From Lachnospiraceae bacterium (lineage in GTDB: Bacteria; Bacillota; Clostridia; Lachnospirales; Lachnospiraceae): 64,000 bases of DNA. The notes under the pieces are model-generated. The model searched no databases. It was not told the DNA's origin and saw nothing but the letters and a program-made list of their open reading frames with translations. Shown here piece after piece: positions 10,609 to 18,804 of this stretch. Each line of letters opens with the position of its first letter. Within the stretch, counting starts at the first letter, position 1. The stretch covers positions 22,046-86,045 of the forward strand of contig JAGCVT010000037.1 in NCBI GenBank assembly GCA_017962225.1, written 5' to 3'. A program made the translations under genes and the position numbers.

Positions 10609-11514
10609 ATGAAAGTATTAGTTACGGGTGCAGCCGGGTTTATCGGAAAGAAAATTGCACAGTGTTTTTTGAATAAAGGATACGAAGTTAAGGGATGGGA
10701 TTTGGTATCAGACAATGAAATGTTTGAGATTAAATCCGTCGACATGATGAATTATTCTGCTGTTTTGTCGGAATTGAAAGAATATGGTCCGGATATTGTT
10801 ATTCATTGTGCAGGATGTGCCAATGTAAGTGAATCAGTTAAAAACCCCGAACGCGATTTTTATGGTAATGTTACCATTACACATCATTTGCTGTTTGCTC
10901 TAAATGAATGCAAATTGCCTGATCTTCGTGTCGTTTTTCTTTCAAGTGCAAGCGTATACGGCAATCCTTCGCGACTTCCGATTTCAGAGAATGATGAATT
11001 AAAGCCGTTGTCTCCGTATGCTCTTCACAAGGAAATGTGTGAGAAAATATGTAAATTTTTTATATCCAATTATGGAATGGATATCAAAATTGCCAGAATT
11101 TTTTCTGCATATGGCGAAGGCTTGAAAAAACAGATTTTCTGGGATATGTATCAAAAGGCTCAAAACGGCAAACTGGAAATGTTCGGAACGGGAAATGAAA
11201 GCAGGGATTATATTCATGTAGATGATGTAGTGCAGGCTATTTATCTTCTTTCCGTTACAGATTCGAAAGAATGCGTTTTCAATGTAGCTAACGGTGAAGA
11301 GGTTACCATCAGAAATGCTACCGAGTTGTTTGCTCAGATTGCCGGAGTTGAGAAAGAAAAAATCATATTTAACGGAATTGTGAGAGAAGGCGATCCTTTA
11401 AACTGGAAAGCAGACATTACTAAAATCAGCGGAATCGGATATAAACAAAACGTTGATATTTATGCCGGCCTGAAAGCTTATTATGACTGGGTATCTCATT
11501 TGGAACAAAAATAG
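10609..11514 (+). CDS. NAD-dependent epimerase/dehydratase
   Basis: TGAAGFIG, SSASVYG, YALHK, RDYIHVDD. Confidence 0.88.
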   Translation: MKVLVTGAAGFIGKKIAQCFLNKGYEVKGWDLVSDNEMFEIKSVDMMNYSAVLSELKEYGPDIVIHCAGCANVSESVKNPERDFYGNVTITHHLLFALNECKLPDLRVVFLSSASVYGNPSRLPISENDELKPLSPYALHKEMCEKICKFFISNYGMDIKIARIFSAYGEGLKKQIFWDMYQKAQNGKLEMFGTGNESRDYIHVDDVVQAIYLLSVTDSKECVFNVANGEEVTIRNATELFAQIAGVEKEKIIFNGIVREGDPLNWKADITKISGIGYKQNVDIYAGLKAYYDWVSHLEQK

Positions 11515-11533
11515 TAAAATATAATCAGAGAAT

Positions 11534-12478
11534 ATGTTGGATAAAGAGTTTACATTTGCAATAGTTACATTTAATCAGGAAAAATATGTAATTGAATTGC
11601 TTGAATCTATAAAATATCAAATAGAAACTCATGGTAAAGAATATAAGAATCATCTTATCGTGTGTGATGATGCATCGAAAGATGATACGGTATTGCTTGT
11701 TACAAAATGGGTAGAAGATAACAGCGGAATTTTCTCGGATTATTTCATAAATAAAAATGAAGAAAATTTGGGAACAGTAAAAAATGTTATTAACACATTT
11801 AAACTGATTACAACCGAAAAATTCAAGATTATTGCAGGTGACGATTTAATTTATAAAAATTCAATTTATGATATAGATATTCATGACAGGATATTTGTTA
11901 CTCCGGTTATCAGATTTTCTGAGGAGGTTTTTCAAACTAAACCTGATTCGAGCGTAATAGAATTATTATTTTCGTCCAAACCGAACAAAGCTTATGCAAA
12001 ATCTTTAAAAGACAGCAGCGCAGCGATGTCGACAGGTACTCTCTGGAACGGCAAATACAATTCGGAAGCAATGTATGATGCCATGAAAGATTATAAGTAT
12101 ATAGACGATGTTGTCTTTCTGAGATTTTTGGTAAATGAATGCGAGCTTAAAGTATGTGCAGATAAAACCCCTTATGTTATGTACAGAGTAGGGAACGGCA
12201 TTTCTACCAGAAAGGAGAATAATACTCCGCAGAGAATTGCTTTTGCCCAAGAGGTTGAAAGATTATATCCTTTTAAGAAGAATAAAATTTTGAATAAGCT
12301 TAATTCAATTAAAATGAAGTTTAAGGCGCTGTACTATAAGGTAATATTCCCGGTGTTCAGCGTAAAGACACGTCAATTTTTAAAAGGGTGGTTTAATGAA
12401 CTTTCGGAAGCGGAAGATTATCTGAAACTCATAAGAGATAACTCCGGAAAGTGGATAGATAACAGCAAACAATCATAG
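11534..12478 (+). CDS. GT2 family glycosyltransferase
   Basis: IVTFNQEKY, CDDASKD, NLGTVKN, IAGDD. Confidence 0.82.
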   Translation: MLDKEFTFAIVTFNQEKYVIELLESIKYQIETHGKEYKNHLIVCDDASKDDTVLLVTKWVEDNSGIFSDYFINKNEENLGTVKNVINTFKLITTEKFKIIAGDDLIYKNSIYDIDIHDRIFVTPVIRFSEEVFQTKPDSSVIELLFSSKPNKAYAKSLKDSSAAMSTGTLWNGKYNSEAMYDAMKDYKYIDDVVFLRFLVNECELKVCADKTPYVMYRVGNGISTRKENNTPQRIAFAQEVERLYPFKKNKILNKLNSIKMKFKALYYKVIFPVFSVKTRQFLKGWFNELSEAEDYLKLIRDNSGKWIDNSKQS

Positions 12479-12521
12479 AAACGATGTAAAAACAAAGAGA
12501 AGGAAGTATTTAGGTGACGAT

Positions 12522-12938
12522 ATGCAGGTAGTAAAATATGTGTTTCAGCCTCATGGCGATGACAGAGGTCAGCTGGTTGCGTTAGAGGAGTTTAAGGATA
12601 TTCCTTTTAAAATAAAAAGAGTGTATTACATGTATGATACCGGTGAAGGTGTTGTGAGGGGATATCATGCTCACAAATCCTTACAACAGATCCTTATCTG
12701 CATTCACGGAAGCTGCAAAATCAAACTGGATAACGGCAAGGAAAAGAAAGTAATTCCTTTGGAAAAACCTTACGAAGGATTATATGTTTCCAATGCAATG
12801 TGGAGAGAAATGTTTGATTTTTCTCCGGACGCCGTATTGATGGTTTTGGCATCGGAATTATATGATGAAAGTGATTATATAAGGAATTACGATGAGTTTT
12901 TGGAATATGTAAAACAAATCGGTGATGAAGCGGAATAG
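12522..12938 (+). CDS. fdtA: FdtA/QdtA-family cupin, dTDP-4-keto-6-deoxyhexose 3,4-ketoisomerase
   Basis: DDRGQL, IPFKIKRVYY, RGYHAH, LMVLASELYDESDYIR. Confidence 0.88.
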   Translation: MQVVKYVFQPHGDDRGQLVALEEFKDIPFKIKRVYYMYDTGEGVVRGYHAHKSLQQILICIHGSCKIKLDNGKEKKVIPLEKPYEGLYVSNAMWREMFDFSPDAVLMVLASELYDESDYIRNYDEFLEYVKQIGDEAE

Positions 12939-14380
12939 TGAATAAATTTAAATTATTTATAGAGAATTTTATAGTATACGGATTTGGCGGAGTTATCAGC
13001 AAGATAATTCCGCTTATTATGGTACCTATTGTCGTAAAGATGCTTCCGAGTGAAGACTATTATGGCATAAGCGATATGTCCAACACCATTATTTCCTTTG
13101 CGAGTGCAATAGCAATAATGGGTATGTACGATGCTATGTACCGAATGTTTTTTGATAAAGAAGACGAGGGATATAAAAAAGAGATTTGTTCCACTACGGT
13201 ATATTTTACCTTTGTAATGTCAATCATTGTTTTTACAGTGATGATATTGGCAAGGAAGTTCCTGGCAACAGTTTTTTTAAAGGACATAAATCTTAACTAT
13301 GTAATTTTTATTTCCGCTTTTGCCACATTGGTAGGTGCCACTAACGGAATAATTTCGGCACCCACCAGAATGCAGAACAAACGAGGAGTTTTTCTCATTC
13401 TGAATACTGTCGGACCGATTATTTCGTACTCGATAGCCATCCCGCTTATTTTGAAAGGCCATTATATTATAGCTCTGCCTTTGGCGTTTGCTTTATCTAA
13501 TTTTTCGCTGGAATGTGTGTTTGCAGTCTTAAACCGCAAATGGTTTTCGATTAAGTCATTTCGCAAAGAATACTTAAAGCCGCTATTGTTAATAGCGGTA
13601 CCGTTGATACCCAATTTTCTGGTTTACTGGATTTTCAATTCCTGTGACAGATTAATGATTACAAACCTTCTGTCGTTGGGAGATGATGGTATATATGCGG
13701 TAGGTTCAAAGCTCGGAATGGCAAGTCAGCTGATTTATACGGCTTTTGCCGGCGGCTGGCAGTTTTTTGCTTTTTCCGTCATGAAGGAAAAAGATCAGGT
13801 TGATACGAATTCAAAAATATTTGAATATCTCGGAGTTATTTCATTTGCCGGATTTTCATTTATCTGCGTGATAGCATATCCTTTGTTTTACATATTATTC
13901 AAGGATACAGCATATCTTGCGGGATTCATCATTTCACCGTATTTGTTTTTGGCACCTCTCCTTCAAATGCTTTTTCAGGTTGAGGCAAATCAATTCCTTG
14001 TCATTAAAAAGACATGGCCTAATCTGTTTATTTTGTCATCGGGTGCTGTTTTCAACCTGATTATGAATTTTGTTTTAATTCCTAAAATCGGAATAGAGGG
14101 AGCGGCTATAGCTACTCTTGCAGGATATATTATTACAGATATTATTTGTACGGTAGTTCTAATCAAGATGAAACTGATGACGGTTTCTGTACGATTTATC
14201 ATTGCATGCTTACTCTGCTGCGGATATTTTGCTTTATGGCGTGTAATGTCCGGAACAAATATACTTGTAAATGTAATATCCATGTTTGCTCTTTTGGTAT
14301 TGTATTGCGTAATGTACAATAAAGAGTTGAAGAATGTATATTTAAAAGCCAAAGGTTTACTTAAAAGAAAAGACCAATAG
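12938..14380 (+). CDS. wzx: Wzx-type oligosaccharide flippase (MOP family)
   Basis: About 12-14 TM; YG after TM2, DRLMI, GIYAVG, LIPKIGIEGAAIAT; GTG start overlaps fdtA stop. Confidence 0.85.
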   Translation: MNKFKLFIENFIVYGFGGVISKIIPLIMVPIVVKMLPSEDYYGISDMSNTIISFASAIAIMGMYDAMYRMFFDKEDEGYKKEICSTTVYFTFVMSIIVFTVMILARKFLATVFLKDINLNYVIFISAFATLVGATNGIISAPTRMQNKRGVFLILNTVGPIISYSIAIPLILKGHYIIALPLAFALSNFSLECVFAVLNRKWFSIKSFRKEYLKPLLLIAVPLIPNFLVYWIFNSCDRLMITNLLSLGDDGIYAVGSKLGMASQLIYTAFAGGWQFFAFSVMKEKDQVDTNSKIFEYLGVISFAGFSFICVIAYPLFYILFKDTAYLAGFIISPYLFLAPLLQMLFQVEANQFLVIKKTWPNLFILSSGAVFNLIMNFVLIPKIGIEGAAIATLAGYIITDIICTVVLIKMKLMTVSVRFIIACLLCCGYFALWRVMSGTNILVNVISMFALLVLYCVMYNKELKNVYLKAKGLLKRKDQ

Positions 14381-14392
14381 GAAAGGGACATT

Positions 14393-15460
14393 ATGAACAA
14401 AATATTAATAGGTGGTGCAGGCGGTGCACCTTCTGAAGGCGTAATAAAATCACTTTTGTTAAGCTCCAAAAAGGAAGAAGTAATAGGCATGGGTTCTGTA
14501 GCCAGTGATTTGGCTATGTCGCATGCGCAAAGAAAATACCTCGTTCCTTATGCAAATGATGCAAAATACAAAGATTCTCTGATGAAAATTTTAAAAGAAG
14601 AAAAACCTTCGCTGATTCATTTGCAAAACGATCTTGAAGTCTGGCATGTTTCAAAAATCAGGGATGATGTGATGGAAACGGGAACAAAGGTGTTTATGCC
14701 CAGACATGAAGTAATAGATACCTGTGTCAGCAAGTGGAAATCATGGGAAGCATTTAAAAAAGCAGGAATTACCGTTCCTGAAAATATGTTTATTAATTCC
14801 GAAGATGATCTTAAACGTGCATTCAAAGAATTAGGCGACAGCGACGGAAAAATCTGGCTTAGAGCAGAGGAAATGGCCGGTGGAGGAGCAGGTTCCATTC
14901 CGACTAATGATTATGATATGGCCAAATCCTGGATTAATCGTTTCGACGGATGGGGCAAGTTTATTGCGGCGCAGATGTTAGGCTCCCAGACAATTACATG
15001 GCTTTCCATCTGGTACGAAGGAAAACTTGTTGTTGCTCAGACCAGAAAAAGAACAGGATGGATTCACGGTAATCGTTCCGCATCGGGCGTTACAGGCGTA
15101 ACCAAGGTTGGTACGACGTGCAGCGATGACTTTGTAACCGACATTGCCATGAAAACCGTTTATGCTGTAGATGATAAGCCTCACGGAATATTTGGTGTGG
15201 ATATGACTTATGACAATAACGGCATTCCCAATCCAACCGAGATTAATATTTCAAGATTCTTTACCACTATTCTTTTCTTCACAAAAGCCGGTTTGAATAT
15301 GCCTGAAATATTTAAAGACCTGGCTTTGTATGGAGAAATGCCCAAGCTTGAAAAGAACATTAATCCGTTGCCTGACGGACTTCTCTGGCTCAGAGGTATG
15401 GATACCGAACCTATGATTGCAACAAAAGAAGAAATAGATAAAGAGATTATTTGCCTATGA
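14393..15460 (+). CDS. ATP-grasp carboxylate-amine ligase
   Basis: KAGITVP, GGGAGS loop, GIFGVD, TEINISRF (ExN). Confidence 0.75.
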   Translation: MNKILIGGAGGAPSEGVIKSLLLSSKKEEVIGMGSVASDLAMSHAQRKYLVPYANDAKYKDSLMKILKEEKPSLIHLQNDLEVWHVSKIRDDVMETGTKVFMPRHEVIDTCVSKWKSWEAFKKAGITVPENMFINSEDDLKRAFKELGDSDGKIWLRAEEMAGGGAGSIPTNDYDMAKSWINRFDGWGKFIAAQMLGSQTITWLSIWYEGKLVVAQTRKRTGWIHGNRSASGVTGVTKVGTTCSDDFVTDIAMKTVYAVDDKPHGIFGVDMTYDNNGIPNPTEINISRFFTTILFFTKAGLNMPEIFKDLALYGEMPKLEKNINPLPDGLLWLRGMDTEPMIATKEEIDKEIICL

Positions 15461-16353
15461 GCATTTTGATTACCGGAACATCCGGTTTTGTAGGAAAAAG
15501 AGTAATTGAACAGTTAAGAGCGCGTTACAATGACGAGGATATAATTACTTTTTCTTCTTCTCCGATAAACGGCATAAAGAATATATATTCAAATAATTAC
15601 GTTTTTGATAGTGATTATCTGGTGAATTCGGGATGTGAAGATGTTGAAACTCTCGTGCATATCGGGGCATTCACGCCCAAATCGGGATCTGAAGCCAATG
15701 ATATAAATAAGTCTTCAAGCAATATAGAAAATACAGGAAGATTGCTGGAGGCACTGGCAAAAACAAAGAGTTTAAAAAGAATTGTGTATTTAAGTACTCT
15801 TGATGTTTACGAATCAACAGATGATATCATCAGTGAAAACACTCCTGTAGGTCCACAAACCATGTATGGCTGGTCGAAACTGTATTGCGAAGAGATGGTT
15901 AAGACCTTTGCAAAGGAGAACGATATTCTTTTTTGTGTATTAAGACTTGGACATGTTTACGGCGAAGGCGAGGAAAAATACAGAAAAGTCATGCCTGTAA
16001 TGATTAAATCTGCTCTCCAAAAAGAGGGGATCAGTATATATGGTGACGGAGAGGCTTTAAGGTCATTTATTTACATCGAAGATGTTGCAAAAGCTGTTGT
16101 AAACTCACTTAAGCTTCCCTCATCGGATATCATTAACATTGTGGGTAATGAAGCAATAAGCATAAATGATTTGGCTAAAAAAATAATAGAATTATCCGGA
16201 AATGATATTAAGATTGAACACATTTCTTCAAATGTTGCCAATCGAAATTATATATTTGATAACAGCAAATTATTAAATACTCTTTTGGACAGTCTGACTC
16301 CTTTGGAAACCGGACTTAAAAGAGAGATGGAATATTTAAAACAATTATCATGA
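15457..16353 (+). CDS. NAD-dependent epimerase/dehydratase or sugar reductase
   Basis: TGTSGFVG, YGWSK, RSFIYIED; ATGA overlap at 15457. Confidence 0.85.
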   Translation: MSILITGTSGFVGKRVIEQLRARYNDEDIITFSSSPINGIKNIYSNNYVFDSDYLVNSGCEDVETLVHIGAFTPKSGSEANDINKSSSNIENTGRLLEALAKTKSLKRIVYLSTLDVYESTDDIISENTPVGPQTMYGWSKLYCEEMVKTFAKENDILFCVLRLGHVYGEGEEKYRKVMPVMIKSALQKEGISIYGDGEALRSFIYIEDVAKAVVNSLKLPSSDIINIVGNEAISINDLAKKIIELSGNDIKIEHISSNVANRNYIFDNSKLLNTLLDSLTPLETGLKREMEYLKQLS

Positions 16354-16979
16354 AGATTATTTTTGATTTAGACGGTACTCTGATAGATTCGTCCGAGAGA
16401 ATGTACAGGTTGTTTCAGGAACTTGTACCGGAATCGGATTTTTCTAAAGAAGATTACTGGGAATTAAAACGAAATAAAGTTAATCACAAGATGCTTTTGG
16501 AACATTATTTTCCGAACTATGATTTTGATGATTTCAATGAAAAATGGCTTAAAAGGATTGAAGCCGAAGAGTATCTGAAAACAGATATTCTTTACTATGA
16601 TACGATTGATACTCTTAAAGCATTAAAAAACAGAGGAATCGAGATAATACTTTTAACAGCCAGACAATCGAAAGATGGATTGTATCGGGAACTCGAACGT
16701 CTGGGAATAGATATCTTTTTTGATATGATTCTGACTACAGAAGGGTCAAAAACAAAAGAGGCATTGCTTAAAGACAGCGGTATTTTGGATCAGACTAATG
16801 ATAACGATTCTGTGCTTTTTGTTTCGGATATGGGCAAAGATATTATGATAGGGAAAGAATATGGTTTAAAAACAATTGCCATTACTCATGGTTTTATGAA
16901 TGAAAAATGCCTGTCTGAGTATAAACCGGATATAATAATAAATAACCTTGAAGAGATATTAAATATCGAGGATAAATAA
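16350..16979 (+). CDS. HAD-superfamily hydrolase (phosphoglycolate phosphatase-like)
   Basis: FDLDGTLIDS motif I, LLTAR motif II, SDMGKD motif IV; ATGA overlap. Confidence 0.85.
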   Translation: MKIIFDLDGTLIDSSERMYRLFQELVPESDFSKEDYWELKRNKVNHKMLLEHYFPNYDFDDFNEKWLKRIEAEEYLKTDILYYDTIDTLKALKNRGIEIILLTARQSKDGLYRELERLGIDIFFDMILTTEGSKTKEALLKDSGILDQTNDNDSVLFVSDMGKDIMIGKEYGLKTIAITHGFMNEKCLSEYKPDIIINNLEEILNIEDK

Positions 16980-16991
16980 AAGGAAAGAGAT

Positions 16992-18101
16992 ATGATAGAG
17001 TACACCAGTTTATTACAAAATTACAATCTTTTTAAAGAAGAATATGAAGAAGCGGCTTTAAGAGCTCTTCGTTCGGGTTGGTATATTTTGGGACCTGAAC
17101 TTGAAAAGTTTGAAAAGGATTTTGCTGCTTATCTGGGAGTTAAGCATTGTATAGGACTTAACAGCGGTACAGACGCTTTAATACTTGCAATCAGAGCGCT
17201 CAATATCGGACCCGGAGATGAAGTAATTGTTCCCGCGGGAACTTATATTGCATCGGTATTGGGCATCACCGAAAACGGTGCTACGCCTGTTTATGTTGAT
17301 GCAACAGACGATACGCTTTTAATTGATCCTGCCAAGATAGAAGAAGCTATAACTGATAAAACAAAGGCAATTCTTCCCGTACATCTTTACGGACAGGCTT
17401 GTGATATGACAGCAATAATGGATATTGCAAAAAGACACAATCTGCCTGTTATAGAGGACTGTGCCCAGTGTCACGGAAGTAAATGGAATGGCGTTTTAAC
17501 CGGTACTGAAGGAACTCTTTCATGTTTCTCTTTTTATCCCACCAAACCTCTTGGTGCGCTTGGAGATGCTGGATGCGTTTGTACCAATGACGATGAACTT
17601 GCGGACAAAGTACGCATGTTAAGAAACTACGGCAGCCGTATTAAATATCATAATGAATCTATCGGAAGAAACAGCAGACTTGATGAAGTTCAGGCCGCAG
17701 TGCTTTCGGTTGGCCTTTCACATTTGGATGAATGCAATGAAATAAGGATGAAATTGGCTGAAAAGTATTTGAAAGGCATTAACAATCCTAAAGTTAAGCT
17801 GCCTTACACTAATCCCAATGCAACTCATGTATATCATTTATTCCCTGTAATAGTGGATGATCAGAAAGCATTTCAGGATTTCCTGTTAAGCAAAGGAGTA
17901 AAAACTCAAGTTCATTATCCTATTCCTCCGTTCCTTGCAGAATGCTATGAAGGAACCGATGCAGGAAAAGGAGAGGAAGGAAAGAAACTTTATTCAAATG
18001 CATATTATATAGCCACTCATGAGGTGAGTCTGCCTATATACAGCGGTATGAACGAAGCGGATGTGGATGAAGTTATAAAAGCAGTAAACGAATATAAATA
18101 A
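16992..18101 (+). CDS. fdtB: DegT/DnrJ/EryC1/StrS PLP-dependent sugar aminotransferase (FdtB/QdtB-like)
   Basis: NSGTDAL, PVHLYGQ, EDCAQ, SFYPTKPLGALGDAG, NSRLDEVQAA. Confidence 0.85.
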   Translation: MIEYTSLLQNYNLFKEEYEEAALRALRSGWYILGPELEKFEKDFAAYLGVKHCIGLNSGTDALILAIRALNIGPGDEVIVPAGTYIASVLGITENGATPVYVDATDDTLLIDPAKIEEAITDKTKAILPVHLYGQACDMTAIMDIAKRHNLPVIEDCAQCHGSKWNGVLTGTEGTLSCFSFYPTKPLGALGDAGCVCTNDDELADKVRMLRNYGSRIKYHNESIGRNSRLDEVQAAVLSVGLSHLDECNEIRMKLAEKYLKGINNPKVKLPYTNPNATHVYHLFPVIVDDQKAFQDFLLSKGVKTQVHYPIPPFLAECYEGTDAGKGEEGKKLYSNAYYIATHEVSLPIYSGMNEADVDEVIKAVNEYK

Positions 18102-18116
18102 GAGGAGGGCATTATT

Positions 18117-18680
18117 ATGGCAGAAAACAAATGGAGATTCAGAGGAGAAGATTTAAAGGGTACAGAAACAGAGAAAAACCTTCTTGCAGCGTTTGCCGGA
18201 GAGTCGGAAGCGCGCAATAAGTATACATTCTTTGCTTCCAAAGCAAAGAAAGAGGGATTCGTACAGATTTCCAATATATTTGCCGAGACGGCTGCTAACG
18301 AAAAGGAACATGCTGAAATATGGTATAAGATCCTTACAGGTATCGGAACTACCGTAGATTGTCTTGAGGCTGCAGCAGACGGCGAAGCATATGAGTGGAA
18401 GGAAATGTATCCTTCATTTGCGGCTAAAGCCAAAGAAGAGGGCTTTGACGAAATAGCAGAGCTTTTTGAAGGAGTGGCTGCCATTGAAAAAGAGCATGAG
18501 GAAAGATACAGAAAGCTCCTTAAAAACATAGAAGACAAGCTTGTTTTCTCACGTGACGGAGACTGTGTATGGCAGTGCTCCAACTGCGGACATATCGTTA
18601 TTGGCAAAGAGGCTCCGGAGGTTTGTCCGGTATGCAATCATCCCAGAGACTATTTCCAGTTAAAGGCTGAAAACTATTAA
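18117..18680 (+). CDS. rbr: Rubrerythrin
   Basis: [23 protein letters not shown]; C-terminal CSNC...CPVC rubredoxin domain. Confidence 0.95.
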   Translation: MAENKWRFRGEDLKGTETEKNLLAAFAGESEARNKYTFFASKAKKEGFVQISNIFAETAANEKEHAEIWYKILTGIGTTVDCLEAAADGEAYEWKEMYPSFAAKAKEEGFDEIAELFEGVAAIEKEHEERYRKLLKNIEDKLVFSRDGDCVWQCSNCGHIVIGKEAPEVCPVCNHPRDYFQLKAENY

Positions 18681-18705
18681 TATTTTAATAAGATTAAATG
18701 ATTTG

Positions 18706-18740
18706 GAACCCGACAGCACAGCGTTGCTGTCGGGTTCTTT
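18706..18740 (+). terminator. Intrinsic terminator
   Basis: 13-bp stem GAACCCGACAGCA/TGCTGTCGGGTTC followed by TTT. Confidence 0.8.
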
Positions 18741-18748
18741 GCACAGAG

Positions 18749-18777
18749 TTGAAAAAACCTTGTTTTTAGTGTAAAAT
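18749..18777 (+). promoter_or_regulatory. Putative sigmaA promoter
   Basis: TTGAAA-17 bp-TAAAAT directly after the terminator. Confidence 0.55.
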
Positions 18778-18804
18778 TAATAGGTATTTTTAGGGAAGAG
18801 AAAA

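Noticed and set aside
18017-18637. 206-aa antisense ORF over rubrerythrin, and similar antisense ORFs (22595..23311, 47801..48301, 24975..25430, 13990..14490)
   Set aside because: Shadows of well-conserved sense genes with no recognisable motifs
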